Assembly: GCA_946965045.2 (NCBI GenBank)
Contig: OX337235.1
Coordinates: forward strand, 2,976,001 to 3,040,000
Reading direction: 5' to 3'
From: Epithemia pelagica
Taxonomy: Eukaryota > Protista > Bacillariophyta
DNA length: 64,000 nucleotides
Below are positions 1 through 11,100 of this stretch, in pieces (position 1 is the stretch's first letter; each line of letters begins with the position of its first letter). The position numbers and the translations under genes are program-made. A model generated the notes under the pieces. The model had not been told where the DNA came from. It was given only the letters and a program-made list of their open reading frames with translations, and did no database searches.

Positions 1-26
1 TGGTAACCGTACCAATATTCGACCCC

Positions 27-2900
27 ATGCATCCAGCACCAGCCTTGTCTAATAACTCCTTCCGGTTCCACCAAGCTGCCTTCGCAGTCGCAACCCCAGA
101 TGATACCTACGGGCAACTTTATCGAGGCATTACCCTGCAGGAAACCTTTAACCTCCTGGGCCTACCTATTCATGTCCAAGACCGATTACGCTCCTCCGAC
201 AGGTCTGGTGTTGCCGACGAATTGGCCATTACCGTTCCAGCAACAGCCTTGGCGTGTATTTTGGATGGTCTATTTGATGCAGAATCCATGAACCCTGTTT
301 GGCATAACGCCCAATCATCCGACGACGCCGACATTGCCACTGCCCCCGAACGACACCTTCGCGTGTGGCTTGCCGACGTGTCCAAAAATATCCCCGTCCT
401 GGTCCTGCACCAGCCGGCATCCCTTCCCCTACCCACACGAGAGCAATGGCTAGAAGAATCTTTAAAAGACCATGACATGTCCCAAATCATTCGGGCCCTC
501 CATGACAACACTGACATCACACGAGACCACATGCACGACAAACGCTATCACGACGAATGGAAAAAACAGCGCTTCCACCTGCAGAATGGCATCCTCTGTA
601 GGTCTGATCTCCCACGTCTGGCGCAGGCTCAACACATCTACACTCGAGTCGTCCCTCCCTCATTACGACAAATGGTGTTTGCGGCATTCCACGCATCCCC
701 CCTGGCAGGTCACATGGGCCTAGCCAAGACATACCATCGAATTGCAACCCGATACTGGTGGCCCACCATGGCGACCGACATCCGGCGCATGACACTGGGT
801 TGTGCCCACTGCAGAGCAGTCAATGCATCCAACCATGAGGCACAACAAATCCTCAAGTCACTGCAAACCGAGCAACCATTCGACATCATCTTTCTAGATG
901 TATGGTCTCCCGGCAAAGTTCCCCCAATCAAATCCCCAAGCGGATCCTCTACCGGTCCTTCCGCAGTGCTTACCAGTTTGTGCGGTATGACAGCTTTTGC
1001 GGCTGGCGCTCCATTAGTCTCCACAACATCCGAAGAAGCAGCAAAAACTGCATTTCAACATTTCTTTGTTACCCGGGGACTGCCGCGCCTTATCATTATC
1101 GACCGGGGAAGCGAATTCGCGGGCTATCTAATTTCCATGTGCAAACTGCTGGCCATCGAGTATTATCCAGTCACTCGAGAAAACCACAAGGCCATCCTCA
1201 ACGAGCGCTTTCACCGGTACCTAAATAAGGTCCAGCGCCTACACTCTCTGGATTGTCGTTCATACTCTGACTGGATCATGGGCCTCGGCTTTGCCATCTA
1301 TGCCTGGAATTCAGCCCCCATTGATGGGACTGATAGCATCCGTTCCTTCGTCGCTCTCGGACGTCATTTCCCCTTTCCGCTCGACCTTCAGTCCGACGAA
1401 CGTCCCCAACAACCACCAGACCCAGCCTTCACCGAGTCACAAGTGCATAATCACCTCGCGGCCACCTTCCCCCTACTTGCTAAACAGCGAGATCTCCTTT
1501 CCATCCTTGTTGAGGACCGGCGACAGCGACATGCTGACATCAAGAATGCGCGTCGGGATCCTGCTCGCAATAAGTTCCACATCGGTGATCTTGTGCTCGT
1601 CCGAAAACAAGTTCAGTCGTCCGTCGACAAAGGCCCCGCGAAATTAATGACTCGAACACGTGGTCCCTACCGCGTCTTAGAAGAGATACACCAAGGAACC
1701 TACCGCATCCAAAAACTTCCCCTATATCAAGGTCAAGGCCGTCGCAGCAAACCTTATTCCGAGAGTGCAGCACGCATGGAACTTTTACCCTCCACTCTTC
1801 TTCTTCATCCTCAAACACAAGGCACTGACCATCGACTAGCTTATCTTCATTTCGGCCAAGTAGCAGACCCACTCAACAACATCTTCGGGGCCGATGATTT
1901 TGGCTCCTTTCAACAAGCCGACGCTCGACGACCCTACGCCTACGACCGAGTGGCAGACCTTTGGCCAGGTATAGAATGGAACGTTGAAGAATCCGACGAT
2001 GACAGCGCAGAAGAAGACAACCACGATCCACCGCCTACCACCGACCAAAACGCATCTCCGACTGATTCCAATTCTGCTGCTCCCAAACGCGTACATTTTG
2101 ACGTCAGCCGCAACCAAGTTCACGACCCACCAACGACTGCACCCCCATCAGTGATACCAGCCCCTCCAGCTACATCGCAGACAGAATCCCTTCGTCGCTC
2201 ATCACGACGACCTCGACCCTCCTCCAAGTATCATCCTGCGTCGTTCCAACGCGACGCTCCCGGACCCCACACTCGTCAACAGCGAGCACATAAACTCAAA
2301 AGCGACCTCACGGGTTCCAAAGACAAAATGTGTATTCTCCGATGGCCACAAACCAACTCACGTCGATACGACTGGCGCATTGCACATATACACTCGGCCG
2401 AAGACGAAGCTCGCGGAATCTACACAATACATCTGTATATTGCTCACCAGACAGACAGCGCCCGCAAAGCCACCCGACATTGCAGATTTTGGCCCGAAAT
2501 ACGACGAATCGACCTCAATGGGAACCCAACATCACTCATTTCCGTGTCTCCGAACAAAGTAAACACCTTTCTTCAACGCCACACAAACACCCAGCTCATG
2601 ACTCACACCCTTGACCTCGTCGAAAACCTCATCCTTGGCCCATTCGAATTCCAACCAGGCCTCGACTCTGTCGTCCCTCCCAAAATTTGGCGGCTGCTGA
2701 CCAACATGGCACCCTCCTTTGATTGCGATGTCGACAATCTAGATTCCATCATCCCGACCCTCGTTCACTTCTCCGACTGGGTCCAATGCCCACCGATACC
2801 GATACACCATCCTACAGACGATTTGTGGTCGCGCCGCAACACGGCTGACATATTATATTTCACAGCAAAAAAGGTAGCTCCTCCTTCCACTACTACTTAA
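27..2900 (+). CDS. pol: Ty3/gypsy pol, 3' part: integrase (H2C2 zinc finger, catalytic core, C-terminal module) plus a long C-terminal extension; 5'-truncated by the window edge
   Basis: HASPLAGHMG..KTYHRI...YWWPTM...CAHC zinc-binding motif; IIIDRGSEF and LNERFHRYL core motifs; FHIGDLVLVR..KL...RGPYRV module. The frame is open back to the window start. Confidence 0.9.
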   Translation: MHPAPALSNNSFRFHQAAFAVATPDDTYGQLYRGITLQETFNLLGLPIHVQDRLRSSDRSGVADELAITVPATALACILDGLFDAESMNPVWHNAQSSDDADIATAPERHLRVWLADVSKNIPVLVLHQPASLPLPTREQWLEESLKDHDMSQIIRALHDNTDITRDHMHDKRYHDEWKKQRFHLQNGILCRSDLPRLAQAQHIYTRVVPPSLRQMVFAAFHASPLAGHMGLAKTYHRIATRYWWPTMATDIRRMTLGCAHCRAVNASNHEAQQILKSLQTEQPFDIIFLDVWSPGKVPPIKSPSGSSTGPSAVLTSLCGMTAFAAGAPLVSTTSEEAAKTAFQHFFVTRGLPRLIIIDRGSEFAGYLISMCKLLAIEYYPVTRENHKAILNERFHRYLNKVQRLHSLDCRSYSDWIMGLGFAIYAWNSAPIDGTDSIRSFVALGRHFPFPLDLQSDERPQQPPDPAFTESQVHNHLAATFPLLAKQRDLLSILVEDRRQRHADIKNARRDPARNKFHIGDLVLVRKQVQSSVDKGPAKLMTRTRGPYRVLEEIHQGTYRIQKLPLYQGQGRRSKPYSESAARMELLPSTLLLHPQTQGTDHRLAYLHFGQVADPLNNIFGADDFGSFQQADARRPYAYDRVADLWPGIEWNVEESDDDSAEEDNHDPPPTTDQNASPTDSNSAAPKRVHFDVSRNQVHDPPTTAPPSVIPAPPATSQTESLRRSSRRPRPSSKYHPASFQRDAPGPHTRQQRAHKLKSDLTGSKDKMCILRWPQTNSRRYDWRIAHIHSAEDEARGIYTIHLYIAHQTDSARKATRHCRFWPEIRRIDLNGNPTSLISVSPNKVNTFLQRHTNTQLMTHTLDLVENLILGPFEFQPGLDSVVPPKIWRLLTNMAPSFDCDVDNLDSIIPTLVHFSDWVQCPPIPIHHPTDDLWSRRNTADILYFTAKKVAPPSTTT

Positions 2901-3123
2901 CAACTTTGTTCTTACCCCCTTGCCGTCACTGCTTCCCCCTTTAGGCATGTCTCTGCATCCGACTGGTTTCCACTGGTGTCCTCAAGAGGGGTCCCGTCGT
3001 GCAGTACCAACCCGAGCCGTTACATTCTTGGTGTGGAACGCTTAGTCCCGCCATCTTTTTGCTCCTTTCGCCTGGTCTTTGGCTCTGTCCCCGCTGAACC
3101 AGACCATTCTTCCGGACCGAAAT

Positions 3124-3137
3124 AGAGGAAGAGGGGA
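3124..3137 (+). promoter_or_regulatory. Polypurine tract of the gypsy element
   Basis: AGAGGAAGAGGGGA immediately before TGTAACG. Confidence 0.75.
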
Positions 3138-3381
3138 TGTAACGTGGGATGACCCGCCCGGCGCCATCGACTGGCCAATATCAGCCGTTGAACGGTTGAG
3201 TCGTTCGGGTCGTCCTGGTTGGCGAGCACAGTCTCCTTTCGTCCGAAGCGTACCAAGCACACAGTTCCCCCGTGAGTGCCTTTTCCGTCTCCTCCGCTCT
3301 CGTCGTTACCATGGCTTCTCACCGTCGCATCCACGAGTTCTACGCCTCTGGTCGCCCAGTGTACAGGCCTCACTCGTTACA
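3138..3381 (+). mobile_element. 3' LTR of the gypsy element (244 bp)
   Basis: Starts TGTAACG directly after the polypurine tract and ends CGTTACA (7-bp terminal inverted repeat). The 5' LTR is outside the window, so it cannot be compared. Confidence 0.7.
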
Positions 3382-3889
3382 GCAAACCAAGGTGGATTGG
3401 GTGAGTTTTGACGCGACAAGCAGAGAATCACAATCCACAAATGAACTGATTCACTTCCCAAAACATGCACTGCATGAATCACACCGACAACAGCAGCAAC
3501 TGTAGAACCCGAAAGTGCTAAGCTGTCATATTGATGAATGACAGCGTGGCAAGAGGAAGATTCGGAAGTCGACATGGCGAAATTTGTGGGCCGTTGGATG
3601 GAGATTTTGGTTCCAAATCGTTTAGGATTCGTTTAGGTCTTTCGACTGCTTCCAGAAGATGACCGATCGAAACTCCTAAACAAGAGGCCTTTCACGCCTA
3701 AACTGGAGGCCAAATGCGTCTGAACGTCGTACGATTTGGAGCGATCTGATTGGCTAAGAATAGGATTTTTAGGATTTTAGGTCAAACCGTTTTCCTCCAG
3801 TGTCAAGCTTGAATAGAAAACCTCACGCTTTTACTCCACGCATAAAAGTGTCTCGTTCTATTACTTCATCACTAGAATAACGAAGGAAG

Positions 3890-5299
3890 ATGGCGACAAC
3901 ATCCACAGAAAATGAAGAGTCGAATGAATTAGAGAATCAAGAGACCTTTGACTTCAAGAATAAAGATACCACAACAGAAGTGATGACAACGGTGAAGTCC
4001 ATAAACTTCTTTCGCGCAGTGACATCTCAAGCCAACTTTCAGAGTCGCCTCCACAAGGAATCATGGTATGGGCATCACTTCCCCTTTCGTCGACTCTTCT
4101 TCTTCCTTGCGCTCTACATCATGACCGTAGCAATGCATGAGGTGTTTTCCTGGCCTTTTAGCAATGATGATTTGAGAACGATGTCGGAGTTGAATGTCGA
4201 TTGTCTGCTCGAGATCAGTGATCTGGTAAAAACGATTCCAAAGTGCACCGTCGACCCTGACGGTTTATCTGCCAAGACTGATTTTGAAGAGTACGAAGGA
4301 CCCCTGAATGTGCCCTTTCCGGACAGTTGCAAAAAGTCGATGAACCTTTTCAAGAGGCACTTCAGTAATGTATCCTTTCCGGATGCAGGTTTGAACCTTT
4401 TCCATTTTGAAACCTCGGAGAAACGAAATTCAATGGATGCTTTTATGACAGTAGACGAAGATTGCCAGATGTATTTTTATGGCAACGAAAATAACAAGGA
4501 TTCTCTTCTTCAAGATTGGCAGATGTATTTTTATGGCAACGAAAATAACAAGGATCTTCTTCTTCCACGCGAAGTTATGCACGAATATCGTGGCAAAAGT
4601 GTTGAAGCAAAAATGAAGGAATTTGTCTGCGATATTTTGATTCCGGGAGTAACCAAACTACAAGCCTTTCTTCTACGGTCTCCTGCATTAATTCGATGGC
4701 TCATTTTCATGGTATCTCTTTCTCAAGGCATGGTTGTTCAGTTCTTTGCGTTGATTCATGTTGGGTTTCGACTGTTGCTGACAACGTTTGTTCTTCGACT
4801 CGTTCTGAGATGGCCCAACAACTTTGTTGGCTATGAAAAAGTCACCTTTTGGACAGTCTGGACAAACCTTTTGGTCCTGACATTCATCAATGTATCATAC
4901 TGTGATTACAACAATCCATCTTTCTGGTTGACAATAATCTTCTGTACTTCCATGATTACAGTTGCTTGGTTCGTCTTTGAAGACCGTGACACCGCGAGAA
5001 GTTGGTTGGATCTCGCTGTCGTGTGGCACGGACTGCCATTTCTTATTCCCTACATTGACATGGCGCGTCAATGGATTTATACCTTTGATATTCTGGATCT
5101 GGTTGGTTGGGTCTCCATGCTTGTCGACATTGTCGTTCCTGGTTCGCAAGGGGAGAAGTTGGTCTTTCTTTGGGTGTTTTGGCAATGCTATCCGTGTCGA
5201 AGTCATGTAAAGGGTCGAGCATTGAAATGGTTGGGTCTACAGTCGGATGAAGTGGGCGTGACTGATGTACCCAGTGGAGAAGTGAAAAAGTCATTGTAG
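3890..5299 (+). CDS. Hypothetical multi-pass membrane protein (469 aa)
   Basis: Long ATG ORF with a hydrophilic N-terminal half and several hydrophobic segments in the C-terminal half. No family recognised. Confidence 0.6.
   Translation: MATTSTENEESNELENQETFDFKNKDTTTEVMTTVKSINFFRAVTSQANFQSRLHKESWYGHHFPFRRLFFFLALYIMTVAMHEVFSWPFSNDDLRTMSELNVDCLLEISDLVKTIPKCTVDPDGLSAKTDFEEYEGPLNVPFPDSCKKSMNLFKRHFSNVSFPDAGLNLFHFETSEKRNSMDAFMTVDEDCQMYFYGNENNKDSLLQDWQMYFYGNENNKDLLLPREVMHEYRGKSVEAKMKEFVCDILIPGVTKLQAFLLRSPALIRWLIFMVSLSQGMVVQFFALIHVGFRLLLTTFVLRLVLRWPNNFVGYEKVTFWTVWTNLLVLTFINVSYCDYNNPSFWLTIIFCTSMITVAWFVFEDRDTARSWLDLAVVWHGLPFLIPYIDMARQWIYTFDILDLVGWVSMLVDIVVPGSQGEKLVFLWVFWQCYPCRSHVKGRALKWLGLQSDEVGVTDVPSGEVKKSL
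4460..4565 (+). repeat. 54-bp in-frame tandem duplication (18 aa)
   Basis: QMYFYGNENNKD occurs twice; units start at 4460 and 4514. Confidence 0.9.
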
Positions 5300-5763
5300 A
5301 TTCTGTTGTGCAATTATTAAGTTCCGACTTGTGATGTTTTTCTTCCAGCCTCTCAAAATGGTTGTAGTTCGAGGTATTTCAAGCTCTGATTCTTCTGGGC
5401 CATTACGAGTCTAGGTTTTTGTGTTAACGAGTGGTTCTGGAATCGGGGAAAGTGATGAGCCCATCATGGGGTACATGGTACCCCCCGCGGGAGTGTCTTG
5501 GAGGTACTCCTAGTATAATTTCGTTTACAAACACCCCATTTGACGCCCGGGGTATATTTCACAGCACTCTATGTGTCCGTTTTCAATGAGAGATGTTTGG
5601 TGACAACTTTGTGTTTTCTGAATCTTCCCAGCGATCCCGCTATTAGTAGTGCCACAACCAGTGTTAAATAGTGTGTCCGCACGCAACTGGAGACTTGATC
5701 CCAGGTGTTCACCCACGGCCGTCCTGGTGTGGAATATACCACAATGTGGATGGAAACTTCACC

Positions 5764-8128
5764 TCATTCGACATCCTCCGAGTCACAAGTCTCATTCGAT
5801 ACTGAGTTCACATGTTCCTTCTTCCAGGCATGCGGAAGAATGTCATCTGGGATCTGCATTTCGTGCCGAAACGACCAAGGCTGGGCAGAATCTCGGGTAT
5901 AGGGACGATCGATAAAATGGAAAACATCACCCGGCATACCAAAGAGAATCGTTTGCATGTACTCTCTGCAAGGATTTGTTATCCAATCCCAGTCGTCTTC
6001 ATATTCGTAATCCTCTTCGTAGTCGTAGTCCTCCTCTTCTTCGTCCGGCTCGGGATCATACCGTAATCTGAGTTCCACCACATATTCAATGTCACCAACA
6101 ATCGTTTCAGATCTACCAATGGGGACACACATCAGAACCGCTTGACTACGGATGCCCGAAAATAGACCATTTTCACGAAGAAAGCTCACATTACATAATA
6201 TTCCGGGAAAGTGCTGTATGGGCTTGTTGCTTGTGTCACAAAAACGCTCATTCAGCGAGTAAAAATCTGAACGATTTTCCCACACCGTAGGTAGCAGAAG
6301 ATCAGGCTTGTTTCTGTTCAACTCGAACGCACTCACAGGGATACACGAAACTTTGGGAACGGTCCAATTGGCGACATGCTGCGACCATGCCTCCTCCCAT
6401 TCCTCTCCATAATCAAGCAAGATTTCTTCGCCTTCTTCAATATCGCGAGATGCTACATATTCCCATGCCACACCAGAAACTTTATTGTGAACCCATTCCT
6501 CAGGCTTCATGTCCAACCAATTTGGATGTAGCGTCAACTTTTCGCTCCAAATGATCTTGGCGTTCGCCTGCTCTCGAGAATGATTGATCAACGCAGTTCC
6601 AACGCCATATGGACAAAGCAAGAGGTCAACCTCAGCATGACCAAAGCAGTAGTTCAACAGCAACTGGCGATGATACGGGGGTTCTATTACAATGCGATGA
6701 TCTCTTCCATGTCGTGGGTACCAATAATTTTCACCAGACTTGGGCCGATACATATTCAAGGTTTGCCGATTGGACACATGAATGAGCGGAACCGGAACGA
6801 TCGTTTCTCCCTCAGCCATGGGACGAGTCGCAAACGCACCTCGACCAGCATATGGAATCGTACTGGTTCCAGGTTCCAAATTGTCGATGCAGCTGCCATG
6901 GTCCTCCAGCCACTCAATAGAACGTATGCTCTTGTGAGCATGAGCCTGTCGGATTCCTTTGTGCAGGACCTCTTCCACACGATGAAACTCGTCGGGTAAA
7001 GTTTTCAGGACTGTACTCTCCCACACCTCCTGCAAGGTGTGGACCGAGAAATGATAGAGATCGTTTAGCCAAGGAGGGTACGGTGCATGAAAATCTGTTG
7101 GGACCTTCTCATCAAAGAGGTCGTTTGTGCTAGTCGTTTGTTGATTCTCCATTGTTGTTTTCGTGAATCTATGGAATGAACGCAGCAGATCGCTTCCTTT
7201 TCGAAAATGCATAGATCGGGGCACACCCGCATAAGCGTCGTCATCAAAGTAGTCTTCACCGTAGTTGATAAAGAGTTCCATCCTTTCATCGATCCGAGGG
7301 CACAATAGGGCAGTGTTAGCCGCACGGTCTCAGCAATAAATGGCACTTTGCGTTCAACGTACCCTTCAGGAATGTCCGTCTTGGCAATTCCCTCGTTACC
7401 ATGAAACAAAGTATAGGCTCCGGCTCCAGGATGGCGCCCCATGGGCCAAGACAGACTCGAAGTTATTCCGTCGGGATCCACGGCAGTATCTCCATGTTTC
7501 ATATTATTCAAGGCAAAGTTACAGTTGATGGCTGCACCAATACCAAAGCTGGCAGCATATGTTTCCGTAGCCTCTTCATGCAAGCCTTTAAATGTGGAGG
7601 CCTCCCATGTGTACCTGCAGATGATCAAGAAACGGAGAGGGTTGTGTTTAGAATTCTAGTCTCATGAAAAGAAACAACGAGACCGAGCGATTCACAGTCT
7701 TGAGCGCCACTTTGAGCAACAAGCTTGGTCCAAGAAACTTACTCATCCCACAAAAAGTCTTGCGCACTTGGACGTTTGTTGGTGTGAAAGGCGATGTCAT
7801 TGATTGGAACAACAAGGTCACCAGGAGTAATGACATCCCCAAGGTCAAAATCCTGTCCGGCATAAAGTCCAAGGCCAGCTCCCGGAATGCTGGAAGGAGC
7901 CATGTAAGCTCCACAAGTGTTGGGATCGCTCTCGTCGCCGTCGTCCTCGTCATCTTTGAATACTGTTTCGTCGTCCGCCCGCGTCACGGTTCCTGTTTGC
8001 TCCTCCTCCCAGTCTTTCATGGAAGGAAGATCCGTCACAGCGTCATCCGCGGAGCGAATTGGGGGCAAAGAGGCTGCTACAGCCAAACTGCGGAGGTAAA
8101 GTAACCAAAAGCCATGGTGGTTATCCAT
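5764..8128 (-). CDS. Secreted/ER tandem SET-domain protein (BacSET-like), 3 exons: 8128-7743, 7614-7363, 7282-5764
   Basis: Introns 7742-7615 (GTAAGT...CAG) and 7362-7283 (GTACGT...AAG) join the frames as WDE/YTW and PEG/MEL. SET motifs APSSIPGAGLGLYAG...INC...ELFINYG and STIPYAGRGAFA...INHS...RDIEEGEEILLDYG. Hydrophobic N-terminus ending AVAAS; acidic tract near the C-terminus. The start could alternatively be the ATG at 8173. Confidence 0.8.
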
Positions 8129-8576
8129 GACATGTAGTCGAACCATAACAAGAGGAGAACAAAACAATGACATGACCAGAGAGAGAGACTGGGTGTATTT
8201 GGGGGTATGGGTATATCTTCTTTGGGGGCTTTGGGTTCGCGTCCTTGCTCCGTTCATCCAAGCTAATTTTGGTTTTCGGGGGTAGGTTCTAGAGAGGTAG
8301 GTCAAAATGGAACAGGGGGGAGGTTCACTTTTTGCATTTCGCACTCTCTCTCAAGGGGGAATGCTACCGCGGTTGTATTCCACGTTATGGATTCATGTGT
8401 AAAAAGAATAAATCAAATTGGATTAACTCGTATTTTTGGATCTTTTCCTGGACCTTTCTTGACATGAAGTATAGTGCAGAACAAATTGTGGATCGAGAAA
8501 CACAAGTATGATTATAGTCTACCGAGTAGAGGAAAACAGCGAGTTCTCGTTGTTGGTCGCAACGGTGATCGCTTCG

Positions 8577-10469
8577 TCACGCAGCCTCGTCAGAGCTCCT
8601 CTGTCCAGCAAATGGTCGGTAAACGTCCACAAGCCGTTCTATGGTCGCCATCCGAACCCTGAACACTTCTTCGTACTTCTTTTTTCCGGAATTTGCCGCA
8701 GTGCTAGTCTCTTGCTCCGGCGACCACATTGCCGTGTCAAAAAACACCACTTCCACTGTTTGTTCAAATACAGCGCGTACTTTGTCGGGTGTCAACCCCT
8801 CATCCAAATACTTCTTGGCCAGAGTCGTATCATAGCGGTGGGTGGTAACGCGGCTATTTCGGATCATTGTGAGAGTAATCGTTCCGAGGTTCACTTGTAC
8901 ATTCAAGTTTCCACCACCAACTTTCCCAAACCCCAAGCGAATCATCAGAGTTACAAAGGCATTGAGACTGATCTTCACGTCGCGTTCTCCGACGTTGGCA
9001 TTGTACCAGTCTCTGCTCGAAGTGGCAAAGTCGAGAATTGGGTAACAACTTGAGGCCCGTACAACGTACCCTCCATTTGATTTCCTTATCAAGTGAGTGG
9101 TGTGTTTCAGATTGGCGCCGCACACTAATTTGCGCTGAGGGAGATCTTTGCTATTCCACCAGCCTCCTTTCCAAAGCATCGCACAAACGTCCTCATACTG
9201 AAACGCTTGGGCGCCTTCCAAACCAACAATCTTCTCCAACAGCTTATCACGAACAACGTAGGCTGTAAACGGCAAAAGCCTCGTCTTGACCTGGAGATGA
9301 TCTGTGGCACTTATTTCAGGAAGCGAAGGAAACACGGGATCTGTCCGGAAAACGCGAGACTTGGTAGCAACCGAGCTTCTCGACCCAACAGATATCAGGC
9401 CTTTGTACAAATGCAGCAATTCTCCAGCAATACCAGGCTGACCGCACTCTTGAAGTGCGGACTTGACGATCGCCGCGTAGGCTATACAGAACGAGACGCC
9501 GTCGTAAACATCTCGTATGATACACCCAACGACTGCACAGCGATTACAAAGCTCCTCCAATCGGAGTTCTGTCGTCTCGCAGTTTTGTTTGCCGATCAAC
9601 GACTGCTGGGACCACAGGACTGGCTCCATGCACAGTATTTCGTCCAGCGTTGGGGTTTTCATGACAAAAATACGTCCAAATTTTTCGGCTCCCCTCATAT
9701 CATGCTTGCCCTCGTTGTTGGACGCGTAGAGAATACAGCGACATCCAAATGTGGCCTCGTACATACCATTTTCGGGTGGGTCGGTGAGGACGTACATGGT
9801 GTCATGCAATGTCGGAAACGACGACCCCGTCCAAGAGTTTGAAGTGCTCCACCAAACCTGTTAGTTACCCTTCTCGTCCGGTAAAAAGAGAAAGGCGTCT
9901 TTCTCCTTGTAGCCAAGTCTGACTACAACTTCCCCTCGCCACAACAGACTTTGCAGCGTGTAGGCCAATGCACCGCGCGTCTTCCCAATCCCCGGTTGTC
10001 CCGTGCCAAGGATAAAGTTTCGGTCACTAGTGTCCACGGTGTCGATACAAAGCCTGGCAAACTCCCGCATGGCAACGGTAGTGATAGTTTTCGGGTGCGA
10101 TTTCGAGTCTGTGTCAAAACCGTGAGTGTTATTTTGTACCAAGACACCTTGTCCGAGATGAGTCACGGTGCTTGGACTTTCACCGAAAGTAACCGAGACA
10201 CCAACATCCATTTCAGGATTGGACGAGTATTCTTGTTCTAAAGCCAGAGAACAGGCATGCAAATTCACGAGCTCAGTGGCGTATGCATCGTGAGTATCGC
10301 GTCGGAACCATCGAATGGTATCGCCTGGATGCTCCAGCACTTGTCGTATGTTATTCGATATCTGTTGTCCGTCTACGGAGAGAGGAGGTCTCCCAGACGG
10401 AGCGACAATAGTTTCCACCTTCATCTGGTGTCCATGGCCATCGTCCGGTTCTTTCGATGACGACAACAT
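8577..10469 (-). pseudogene. Crinkler-like P-loop NTPase gene with one premature TAA at 9861-9863
   Basis: ORFs 9861-10469 and 8577-9809 are in the same frame. Walker A GQPGIGKT; later YVLTDPP...ILYASNN...FVMKTPTLDEI resembles CRN-type NTPases. The partial paralogue at 38305-39142 has TAC where this copy has TAA. Upstream exons not resolved. Confidence 0.6.
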
Positions 10470-11100
10470 TTGGACCTGAGAAATCCATACTACAGCAACT
10501 GTACAAAACCATCAAGATTAACTGAAGAGGAACGGGTTCTTCTTAGACGCTTTGGTGTGAAGTACTTCCTTTGTCTTTCGAGTTGTGCTCGCATCGATTA
10601 TCATGATGTTGTTGTTACCGACGGACGACAGACTCAGGGACTCACTATTCCCCAGCGGGGGTGAGTTTTCGGGTGCTAAGTGCTAAAGAGTCATTTTCTG
10701 CGAGTCATTAGTCACATATTGTAGAGCATTCAATCACTAAACCCCAGGACTCACCACCGCTGGGAGAGAAGGGACACCACATTTCCTTTAAATTACGCCG
10801 GCACCAACTCCCGAAGCCCCGGCACCACGGAACTCCCCCGCTGTTCCAAATGTTCCAAAGGAAAAAATTACGACAGTCGAGTTTTTCTCCCACCTTTACT
10901 TTCGCGGGGAGAGACCAGCGAACACATCCTGCAGTCGGAGCAGTCTATCTGTCGCGAGGTCTTCACACATAGCTAGAGGAGTGCTAGAGGAGTAGTCGCA
11001 CTTGCCGTAAGGCCCAACAGGAACCGGAATGGCTCCCACAACCATTGAACTCGTAGAGCAGAATCGGTGACATCGTTACTCGGTGCAAATCTTGGAGATG

